From Centroscyllium fabricii (lineage: Eukaryota), in NCBI GenBank assembly GCA_051313645.2, contig JBNRSN020000029.1:21328001-21392000 (forward strand): a stretch of 64,000 nt of DNA. The letters run 5' to 3'. The notes beneath the pieces were generated by a model. That model did no database searches, was not told the origin of the DNA, and saw only the letters and a program-made list of their open reading frames with translations. This document shows positions 36,296 to 47,100 of the stretch, one piece after another (within the stretch, counting starts at the first letter, position 1; every line of letters begins with the position of its first letter). The position numbers and the translations under genes were made by a program.

Positions 36296-36571
36296 TGTGG
36301 TAACCCATATTGTATATACGATTACCACTGTAATATTGTCGCCAACATTGGCTTTGTATGATACACTGCTTTGCAACACTGTCGTGGAGCCAGGTCAGCC
36401 ACACCTCTAACTCCTCCCCCAGATGAGGCCCTTTATAGGTGAGGACTGACCAGGCTCCCTCATTCTGTTCTGATGTTCGTTCAGAGGGTAGCTCCAAAGT
36501 AAGTTAATAAAAGCCTATAGTTAAGGTCACTACTCGTTTAGTCTTTTATTAAGACAATTGACGATACGTCA
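36296..36571 (+). repeat. 3' LTR, type A, 276 bp
   Basis: TG...CA termini, upstream PPT, AATAAA at 36506-36511, followed by TSD ATGCT. Confidence 0.95.
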
Positions 36572-38057
36572 ATGCTAAATGCCAGTTGCTAAATCCCATG
36601 CAACAGTTTGCTAAGGTCCATGGGGTCGGTTTCTAAGGACCCTGGGACCGTGTGCTATGGGCCGATGGACGGGTTGGCAAGCGACGTGAGACAGGGTGCT
36701 TAGGGCCTTGGAACGGTGCAAAGGGCCATAGGACCAGATGCTAAGGGCCTTGGGACCATGTGCTATGGGCCGAGGGTCCGGTTGTTAATGTCCATGGGAC
36801 CGGTTGCTAAGGGCCTTGGGACTGTGTGCTTTGGGTTGAGGGACCGGTTGCTAACGGCCGTGGGACTGGGTGTTTACGGACCTTGGACAGGGTGCTGATG
36901 GGCATGGGACTGGTGCTAAAGGCCGTTTGATCGGTTGCTAAGGGCCAAGGGATTTGTTGGAACCGTTTGCTAAGGGCCTTGGGACTGTGTGCTATGGGTC
37001 GAGGGACCGGTTGCTAACGGCCGTGGGACTGGGTGCTTAGGGACCTTGGACAGGGTGCTGATGGGCATGGGACTGGTGTTAAAGGCCGTTTGATCGGTTG
37101 CTAAGGGCCAAGGGATTTGTTGGGAGCTGTTGATAAGTTCCAAGGGATAAGTTGGGACTGGTTGCAAAGAGCGAAGTGGCTTGTTGGGACTGGGTGCTAA
37201 GTCCATGGGACCGGTTGCTAAGCAACCTGGGGCCAGGTGCTAAGGGCCCTGGATCAGGGTGCTAAGGGCCAAGGGACTTGTTGGGACTGGTTGATAAGGT
37301 CCAAGGGACTTGTAGTTAAGTTCCAAGGGATTATTTGGGACTGGTTGCTATGGGTGTAGGGGATTGTTGGGACTGGTTGCTTAGTTGCAAGGGACTTGTT
37401 GGGACTTTGTGCTAAGGGCCTTGGGACCAGTGCTAAGGGCCTTGGGACCGCTGCTAAGGGCCATGCGACCAGTTGCTAAGGACCCTGGGACCGGGTGCTA
37501 AAGGCCCTTGGACACGGTACTAAGGGCAAAGAGACCGGGTGCTAACTGACGTGGGACAGTGTGTTATGGGGCGTGGGACACGTTGCTAAGGGCTGTGGGA
37601 CCGGTTGATAAGGGCCGTTGGACTGGGTGCTAAGGGTCTTGGGACAGGGTGCTAACTGCCATGAGACCGGTGCTAAGGCCATTGGGACCTGACGCTAGGG
37701 CCATGGGACCAGTTGCTAAAGGCCGAGGAACTGGTTGCTGAGGGCCGTGGGACCATGTGCTATGGTCGGAGGGACCAGTTGCTAAGCGCCATGGGACTGT
37801 GTGCTAAGGGCCTTGGAGCTTTGCAAAGGGCCATGGGACCGGTTGCTAATGACCCTGGGACCAGGTGCTAACGGCCATGGGACTGTGTGCTAAGGGCCCT
37901 GGGACAGGGTGCTGAGGCACATGGGACCGGTGCTAAGGGTCTTGGGGTTGGTTGCTAAGGTCAGTGGGACCGGGTGCTAAGGGGTGAGGGACCGGTTGCT
38001 AAGGGCCGAGGGACAGGTTGCTAAGGGCGGAGGGAGCGGTTGCTAATTACCGAGAGA

Positions 38058-38080
38058 CTTAGCACCGGTCCCATGTGCCT
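38058..38080 (-). repeat. 23-bp inverted copy of 37915-37937
   Basis: CTTAGCACCGGTCCCATGTGCCT is the exact reverse complement of AGGCACATGGGACCGGTGCTAAG. Confidence 0.9.
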
Positions 38081-38862
38081 GGGTGCTAAGGGCCATGGGA
38101 CTGGTTGCTAAAAGCCGAAGGTCCGGTTGCTAAGAGCCATGGGAGAGAGTGCGAAGTGCTTAAGATGCTGGGTACAGGGTGCCAATTGCCTAAGGGCCGT
38201 TGAGCTGGATGCTATGAGCCAGAGGGCTGGTTGCTAAGGGCCATGGGACCCGATGCTAAGGCTCTTGGACTGGTTGCTGAAGATCCTAGGACCGGGTGCT
38301 AAAGGCCGTGGGCCGGTGGAAAAGTGCCATGGGACCAGATGCTATGGGCCACTGGACCGGGTGCTAAGGGCCATGGGACCAGTGGCTAAGGGCAGAGGGA
38401 CTGGGTGCTAAGGGCAATGGAATGAGTTGCTATGTGTCAGGTGACTGGTTGCTAAAGGCCGGTTGCTAAATCCCATGCGACAGTTTGAGTAGGCCCATGG
38501 GGCCGGTTTCTAAGGACCCTGGGACCGTGTGCTATGTGTTGATGGATGGGTTGCTCGGGGCAATGGGACCAGGTGCAATGGGCCCTGTGACCGGGTGCTA
38601 AGGGCCATGGGGCCTGGTACAAAGGGCCTTGGGACCTGGTGCAAAGGGCCTTGGGACCCGGTGAACTGGGCCATGGGACCGGGTGCTAAGGGGCCTTGGA
38701 CCAGGTGCTTTGGGCCATGGGACAGGGTGCTAAAGGTATTGGGACCTAGTGCTGAGAGCGATGGGTCCGGTTGCTGAGGGCGATGAAAACACTTGCTAAG
38801 TGCCAGGTGACCGGTTGCTAAGGACCAGTTACTGAGTCCCATGTGACCGGTTGCTAAGGGCT

Positions 38863-41800
38863 TTGGGGCCAGTTGCTAATGGCTGAGAACTGGTTGCTAA
38901 GGGCCAAGGGACCAGTTGCCATGGGGAAGGAGACCGGTTGCTAAGGGCCAAGAAAATAGTTGCTAAGGGCCCTGTAAATGGTTGCTAAGGGCCAAGGGAC
39001 CGACGGCTAAGGGCCATGGCCCATTGCTAAGAGCGAAGTGACTGGTTGCTAAGAGTCATAGGGGCAGTTGCTTAGGTTCATGGGAGCGGGAGCAAAGGGC
39101 CTTGGGAACGGGTGCTGGGGCAATGGGACCGGATGCTAGGGGCAATGGGACCGGGTGCTAAAGGTCAAGTGACCAGGTGCTACGGGCCATGGGACAGGGT
39201 GCTCAGGGCCTTGGACCGGTAGCTAAAGATCCTGGGACTGGGTGCTAAGGGCCGTGGGACTGGTGCAAATGTCCATGAGAATGGTTGCTAAGGACCCTGG
39301 GACTGGTTGCTAAGTACACTGGGACCTGTTGCTTAGTGCCGTGGGACCGGATGCTAAGGGCCATGAGACCAGTTGCTAAGGGCCATGGGACAGGGTGCTA
39401 AATGCATTGGGACTGGGTGCTGAGAGCCGTGGGGCCGATTGCTAAGGACGATGAAAACAGTTGCTCAGGGCCAGGTGACTGGTTGCTAAGTGTCGGTTAC
39501 GAAGTGCCATGCGATCGGTTGCTGAGGGCCGCGTGGCCGGGTGCTTAGGGCCGTGGGCCTGGTTGCTAAGGGCCGAGGACTGGTTGCTAATGGCCAAGGG
39601 ACCGGTTGCCATGGGCAAGGAGACGGGTTGCTAAGGGCCAAGAAAATGGTTGCTAAGGGCCATGGAAACCGTTGTTAAGGGCAAAGTGTCCGATGGCTAA
39701 GGGCCACGGCCCATTGCTTAGAGTGAAGCGTGTGGTTGCTAAGGCCCATGGGACAGGTTGCAAAGGGCCTTGGGACCATGTGCTAGGGGCGATGTAACAT
39801 GGAGCTAAGAGCCAAGTGACCAGGTGCTAACGGCCATGGAACCGGAGGTAAGGGCCATAGGACCTGGCTCTAAGTGCCATGGGAAATGTTGCTGAGGGAC
39901 GAGGGAATGGATGCTAAGCGGCAAGGCACCAGTTGCCAAGGGTAAAGAGACCGGTTGCTAACAGCCAAGAAAACTGTTGCTAAGGGCCATGGAATTGGTT
40001 GCAAAGGGCCTTGGGACTGAGTGCTAGGGGCCATGGGAATGGGTGCGAGGGGCCAAGGTACCGGGTGCTAAGGGTCCTGGGACTGGGTGCTATGGGCAAT
40101 GGTACCGGGTGATATGGGACATGGGACCGGGTGCTTAGGGCCATGGGACCGGGTGCGACGTGCCATGGTACCAGGTGCTAAGGTCCATGGGACCGTGAGC
40201 TCAGTGCCATTGGACTTGGTGCTAAGGGCCATGGGACTGGTTGCTAAGGGCCAAAGCACCTTTTGCTAAGGGCCACCGGACCGGGTCCTAAGGGCTATGG
40301 GACCGGTTGCTAAGGTCCCTGGGACAGGTTGCTAAGGACCCTGGGACTGGTTGCTAGGTGCCGTGGGACTGGTTGTTAAAGGCCATTAGACCAGTTGCTA
40401 AAGGTCATGGGACGGGTGCTAAAGGCATTGAGATCGGGTGCTGAGAGCAGTGGGGCCGGTTGCTAAGGGCGATGGAAACAGCAACTAAGGGCCAGGTGAG
40501 CAGTTGGTAAGGGCCGTGGGGCCGGATTCTACAGTCCGTGGGGCCGGTTGCTAAGGGCCGTGGGGCTGGTTGCTAAGTGCCATGGAAACGGTTGCTAAGG
40601 GCCAAGGGACCGGCGGCTGAGGGCCACAGCCCATTGCTAATTTCGAAGGGACTGGTTGCAAAGTGTCATAGGGGCAGTTGCTAAGGTCCATGGGACCGGG
40701 TGTAAAGGGCCTTGGGGCCGGGTGCTAGGAGCGATGTGACACGGTGCTAAGGGCTAAGTAACCAGGTGCTAATGGCCATGGGACCGGTGATAAGGGCCAT
40801 GGAACCAGTTGCTGAGGGTAGTGGGACCGGGTGCTAAGGCCCAAGGGACCGGTTGCAAAGGGCCAAGGGATTTGTTGAGACTGGTTGATAAGGTCCAAGG
40901 GATTAGGTGGGACTGGTTGCTATGAGCGAAGGGGCTTGTTGGGACTGGTTGCTAAGGTCAAAGGGTCTTGTTGGGACCAGTGCTAAGGGCCTTGGGACCA
41001 GTGCTACGGGCCATGGGACTGGGTGCTAAGGGCCCTGGAGCAGAGTGCTGAGGGGTGTGTGACCGGTGTGACCGGTGCTAAGGGGCTTTGAATTGGTTGC
41101 AGAGGGCAGTGAGACCAGGTGCTAAGGCTTGAGGGACCGGTTGCAGAGAGCCAAGGGATTTATTGGGACTGGTTGATAATGCCCAAGGGATTAGTTGGGA
41201 CTGGTTGCTCAGAGCGAAGGGGCTTGTTGGCACTGGGTGACAAGGTCAAATGGACTTTTTGGGACTGGTTGCTAAGGTCAAAGAGACTTGTTGGGACCGA
41301 TGCTAAGGGCCTTGGGACCAGTGCTAAGGGCCATGGGACAGATTGCTAAGGATTCTGGGACTGGTTGCTAAGGGCCCAGGAACAGGGTGCTATGGGCCGT
41401 GGGAGTGGGTGCTAAGGTCCGTGGGACATGGAGCTAAGGGTCATGTGACCAGGGCCGAGGGACCGGGTGCTAAGAGCCATGTTACCGGGTGCTATGGGAC
41501 ATGGGACCGGGGGATTTGAGACATGGGACTATGTGCTACGGGTCATGGGACCGGATGCTAAGTGCCATGGGACTGGATGCTACTCCTGCTCCTATCTTCT
41601 ATGATTCTATGATTCTATGCTAAGCGCCATGGCACCAGGTGGTAAGGGCCATGGGACTGGGTGCTAAGGGCCATGGGACTGGTTGCTAAGGGCCGGGGGA
41701 CTGGTTGCTAAATATCTTGGGACAGGGTGCTAAGTGCCGTGGGACCGGTTGCTAAGGACCCTGGGACCGGTTGCTAAGCACCCTGGGACCATTTGCTAAG

Positions 41801-44150
41801 TGCCGTGGGACCGGATGCTAAGGGCGATGAGACCAGTTGCTAAGGTTCTTGGGACAGGGTGCTAAAGGCATTGTGACCGGGTGTGGAGAGCCTTGGGACC
41901 GGTTGCTAAGGGAGATTGGAAACAATTGCTGAGTACTAGGTGACCGGTTACTAAGTGCCGGTTACTAAGTACCATGCGACTGGTTGCTAAGGGCCGGTTA
42001 CTAAGTACCATGCGACCGGTTGCTAAGGGCCATGGGGCCGGTTGCTGAGAGCCGTGGCGCTGGTTGCTAATGGCCAGGGACTGGTTGCTAAGGGCCAAGA
42101 GACCGGTTGACATGGGCAAGGGGACCAGTACTAACGGCCAAGAAAACAGTTGCTAAGTGACATGGAAATGTTTGCTAAGGACCAAGGGACCGGCAGCTCA
42201 GGGGCACGGCCCATTGCTAAGAGCGAAGGGACTGGTTCCTAAGCGTCATGGGGCATTTGCAAAGGTGCATGTGACCTGGCACAAAGGACCTTGGGACCAG
42301 GAGCTAGGGGCGTTGTGACCGGGTGCAAAGGGCCAAGTGACCAGGTGCCTAAGGGCCATGGGGCCGGTGTTAACGCCATGGGACCTGACGCTAGGGCCAT
42401 GGGACCAGTTGCTAAAGGTCGAGGGACCGGTTGCTAAGCGCTGTGGGACAGGGTGCTAAGGGTCTTGGAGCGGTGCAAAGGGCCATGGGACTGGTTGCTG
42501 ATGACCCTGAGACCAAGTGCTAACGGCCCTGGGACTGGGTGCTAATGACCCTGGGACAGGGTGCTGAGGCACATGGGACCGGTGCTAAGGGCCTTGGGAT
42601 CGGTTGCTAAGGGCAATGGGGCCGGGTGCTAAGGGGCGACGGACCGGGTGCTATGGGCCGAGGGACAGTTTGCTGTGGGCCGAGGGACTGGTTGCTAAGG
42701 ACCGAATGACCAGTCGCTAATTGCTGAGGGACCGGTTGCTAAGGGCCATGGGGCAGGCTGCTAAGGCCTTGGCCAAGTTGCAGAGGATCCTGGGACTGGG
42801 TGCTAATGGCCGTGGGACTGGTGCAAAGGGCCATGGGAGCAGATGCTAAGGGCCAAGGGACAGTTTGCTAAGGGCTGAGGGACCGGTTGCTAAGTGCCGT
42901 GGGACTGGATGCTAAAGGCCTTGGGACCGGGTGCTAAGGGCAATGGGACTGGGTGCTAAGGGCCATGGGACAGGTTGCTGAGGGCCGTGGGTCCGGTTGT
43001 TAAGGGCCATGGGACCGGTTGCTAAGGACTCTGGGAGCCGTTGCTATGGGCCCTGGGACTGGTTGCTAAGGGCCGTTGGACCAGATGCTAATCGCCATGA
43101 GACCAGTTGCTAAGGGCCACGGGACTGGGTGCTAAGGGCCATGGGACTGCTTGCGAAAAGACAATGAGCCAGTAGCTAAGGACCATGTGATAGGGTGCGA
43201 ATGGCCTTGGGCTGGTTGCTTAAGATCCTGGGACAGGGTGCGAAGGCCCTTGGACCGGTTGCTAAGTGCCGTGGAGCTGGTTGCTAAGGGTCAGGGACTG
43301 GTTGCTGAGGGCCAAGAGACCGGTTGCTAAGGGCCAAGAAAACAGTCGCTAAGTGCCATGGAAACGGTTGCTAATGACCAAGGGACCGGCGGCTCAGGGC
43401 CACGGGTGCTAGGGGTGATGTGATCGGTTGCTAAGGGCAAAGTGACCAGGTGCTAAGGGCCAAGGGACCGGTGCTAAGGTAATTAGGACCTGACGCTAGG
43501 GCCATGGGACCAGTTGCTAAAGGCCGAGGAACTGGTTGCTGAGGGCCGTGGGACCATGTGCTATGTTCGGAGGGACCGATTGCTAAGTGCCATGGGACAG
43601 GGTGCTAAGGGCCTTGGAGCTGTGCAAATGGCCATGGGACCGGTTGCTAATGACCCTGGGACCAGATGCTAACGGCTGTGGGACTGGGTGCTAAGGGCCC
43701 TGGGACAGGGTGCTGAGGCTCATGGACCAGTGCTAAGGGTCTTGGGGTTGGTTGCTAAGGTCAGTGGGACCGGGTGCTAAGGGCTTTGGGACCGTGTGCT
43801 ATGGGCTGAGGGACCGGTTGCTAACGGCCGTTGGACTGGGTGCTTACGGACCTTGGACAGGGTGCTGATGGGCATGGGACTGGTGCTAAAGGCCGTTTGA
43901 TTGGTTGCTATGGGGCAAGGGATTTGTTGGGACTGGTTGATAAGTTCCAAGGGGTAAGTTGGGACTGCTTGCTAAGAGCGAAGTGGCTTGTTGGGACGGG
44001 GTGCTAAGGGCCTTGGGACCGGTTGCTAATGACCCTGGGGCCAGGTGCTAAGGGCCCTGGAACAGACTGCTAAGCGTCAAGGGACTTGTTGGGACTGGTT
44101 GATAAGGTCCAAGGGACTTGTAGTTACGGTCCAAGGGGTTATTTGGGACT
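38863..44150 (+). repeat. HOR copy 4, ~5.3 kb
   Basis: Paralogous artefact ORFs at 41119 and 41862 match those in copies 1-3; the upstream block 38510-38842 matches 4968-5300. Confidence 0.78.
41583..41616 (+). mobile_element. Extremely 5'-truncated CR1 (or CR1-tailed SINE) 3' end, 34 bp
   Basis: CTCCTGCTCCTATCTTCTATG plus ATTCTATG repeats, between ATGCTA direct repeats at 41577-41582 and 41617-41622; empty sites at ~16919 and ~23836. Confidence 0.85.
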
Positions 44151-47100
44151 GGTTGCTATGAGCGAAGGGGCTTGTTGGGACTGGTTGCTGAGTTCCAAGG
44201 GACTTGTTGGGACTGGGTGCTAAGGGCCTTGGGTGCAGTGCTAAGGCCCTTGGGACCACTGCTAAGGGCCATGGGACCAGTTGCTAAGCACCCTGGGACC
44301 GGGTGCTGAAGGCCCTCGGAGAGGGTGCTAAGGTCAAAGAGACCGGGTGCTAAGTGCTGTGGGACAGTGTACTTTGGGGCGTGGGACACGTTGCTAAGGG
44401 CTGTGGGACCGGTTGATAAGTGCCGTGGGACCGAGTGGTAAGAAAAGTGGGACCGTGTTGTAAGAAAATTGGGTCCAGATGCTAAGTGCCATGGAACATG
44501 GTGCTACGGGTCACGGGACCGGTTACTAAGGAACCTTGGACTGGGTGCTAACGGCCGTGGGACTAGGTGCTAAGGGCCCTGGTACCAGTTGCTAAGGGCC
44601 GTTGGACCGGGTGATATGGGCCCTGGGACTGGGAGCAAAGAGCCGTGGGACCTGATGCTAAGGGCCATGGGATCGGTTGCTAAGGGTTATGGAATCGGGC
44701 GCTAAGGGCCAGATAACCGGGTGCTAAGGGCTGAGAGATTGGTTGCTAAGGGCCATGGAACCAGTTGCTAAGTGCCAGGTGACCGGTTGCTAAATGCCGG
44801 TTGCTAAGAACCAAGCACCAGGTTGCTAAAGGCCCTGTTTCAGTTTCTAAGGACCCTGGGACCGTGTGCTATGTGCCAATAGACTTGTTGCTAAGGACAC
44901 TGCCACCGGGTGCTAACGGCCGTGGGACTGGGTGCTACGTGCCTTGGGACAGGGTGCTGAAGGGCGTGGGACTGGTGCTAAGGGCCTTGGGATCAGTTGC
45001 TAAGGGCAGTGGGACCGGGTGCTAATGGCCCAGTGTCCAAGGGATTAGTTTGGACTGGTTGTGAAGAGTGAAGGGGCTTGTTGGGACTGGTTGTTAAGTT
45101 CAAAGAGAAATTTTGGGACTTGTTGCTAAGTCAAAGGGCCTCGTTGCGGCCGGTGCTAAGGGCTTTGGGACAGTGCTAAGGGCCATGGGACCAGTTGCTA
45201 AGGACCTTGGGACCGGGTGCTAAGGGCCCTAGAACAGGGTGCTAATGGCCGTGGGACCAGGTGCTAAGGGCTGAGACACCGGTATCTAAGGAGCGAGGGA
45301 CTAGTTGCTAAGTGCCGATGGACCGGTTGCTATGCACCATAGGACAGGATGCTAAGGCTCTTGGACTGGTGGCTGAGGATTCTGGGTCTGGGTGCTAAGG
45401 GACCGTGGGTCCAGTGGAGAAGTGCCATGGGACCGGAGGCTAAGGTCCATCGGACTTGTTGCTAAGGGCCATTGGACCAGTTGCTAAGGGCCAGGTGACC
45501 GGTTGCTAAAGGCCGGTTGCTAAGTCCCATGCGACAGGTTGCTTAGGGCCATGGGGCCGGTTTCTAAGGACCCTGAGACCGTATGCTATGGGCCGATGCA
45601 CCGGTTGATAAGGGCCGTGGGACAGGGTATTAAGCTCCTTGGAATGGTGCAAAGGGCCATGGGACCAGTTGCTAAGGGCCTTTGGACCGTGTGCTGTGGG
45701 CCGAGTGTCTGGTTGCTCAGGTCCATGGGACTGGTTACTAAGGGCCTTGGGACCGTGTGCTATGTGCCGAGGGACCAGTTGCTAACGGCTGTGGGACTGG
45801 GTGCTAAGGACCCTGGGACAGGGTGATGAGGTGTGTGGGACTGGTGCTAAGGGCCATCGGATTGTTTGCTATGGGCAGCGGGACTGGGTGCTAAGGGCCG
45901 AAGAACTGGTTGCAAAGGGCCAAGGGATTTGTTGGGACTCGTTGATAAGTTCCAAGGGATTAGTTGGGACTTGTTGCTGAGTGCGAAGGGGCTTGTTGGG
46001 TCTGGCTGCTAAGGGCCATGGGAGCGAGAGCTAAGGGCCCTGAAACAGGGTGCTAAGGGCCAAGGGACTGGTAGGTAAGGTCCAAGTAATTATTTGGGAC
46101 TGGTTGCTATGAGCGAATGGACTTGGGACTGGTTGCTGAGGTCCAAGGGACTTGTTGGTACTGGGTGCTAAGTGCCTTGGGACCGGTTACGAAGGACCTT
46201 GGGATCGGTTCTGAGGGCCATGGGGCCGGTTGTTAAGGACCATGGGATCGGGTGCTAAAGGCCCTCGGACTGGGTGCTAAGGGCAAAGAGACCGGGTGCT
46301 GAGGGCCGTAGGACAGTGTGCTAAGGGGCGTGGGACACGTTGCTAAGAGTTGTGTAACCGGTTGCTAAGGGCCGTGGAACCGGTTGGTAACAAAAGTGGG
46401 TCCGGGTGGTAAGAAAAATGGGTCCAGATGCTACGTGCCGTGGGACACAGTGCTAAGCGTCGCGGGACCGTTTACTAAGGACCCTTGGATTGGGTGCTAA
46501 CAGCTGTGGGACTGGGTGCTAAGGGCCCTGGGACAGGTGGCTAAGTGCTGTGGGACCAGGTGATATGGGCCATGGGACCAGGTGGAAAGAGCCATGGGAC
46601 CGGTTGCTAAGGGCAATGGGATCGGTTGCTAAGTGTCATGGTGGTCGGGTGCTAAGGGCCAGAGCACCGGGTGTTAAGGGCTGCGGAACTGGCTGCTGAG
46701 GGCCATGGAACCAGTTCCTAAGGACCAGGTGACCAGTTGATAAAGGCCGTTTGCTAAGACCCATATGATAGGTTGCTAATGGCCATGGAGCCGGTTTCTA
46801 TTGACACTGGGACCGTGTGCTATGGGCCGATGGACCAGTTGCTAAGGGCCGTGCGACCAGGTGCTATGGGCCTTGGAACGGTGCAAAGTGACATGGGACC
46901 AGTTGCTAAGGGCCTTCGGACTGTGTGCTATGGGCCGAGGGTCCGGTTGCTAAGGTCCGTGGGGCTGGTTGCTAAGGGACCTGGGACGCATTGCTGAGGG
47001 GTGTGGGACTGGTGCTTAGGGCTGTGCTCTGGGTGCTAAGGGTTGAGGGACCAGTTGCTAAGGGTCAAGGGACTTGCTGGGACTGCTTGATAAGGTCCAA

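Larger units (their letters stand above)
30653..36571 (+). mobile_element. Gypsy/Ty3 LTR retrotransposon, three-LTR chimera
   Basis: 5-bp TSD ATGCT at 30648-30652 and 36572-36576; empty sites at ~13223 and ~19495; gag-PR-RT-RH-IN domain order; two PPTs (AAGAAGGGGTGAA). Confidence 0.95.
20281..37340 (+). repeat. HOR copy 3, the most complete copy, expanded by solo-LTR, SINE and Gypsy insertions
   Basis: Offsets to copy 1 are 17019 (8580/25599) and 17467 (9742/27209). The offset to copy 2 is 6917 after the solo LTR. Confidence 0.8.

Noticed and set aside
35472-36410. 312-aa ORF as a domesticated or independent gene
   Set aside because: It starts inside LTR B, is a partial integrase lacking the first catalytic Asp, and reads into LTR A.
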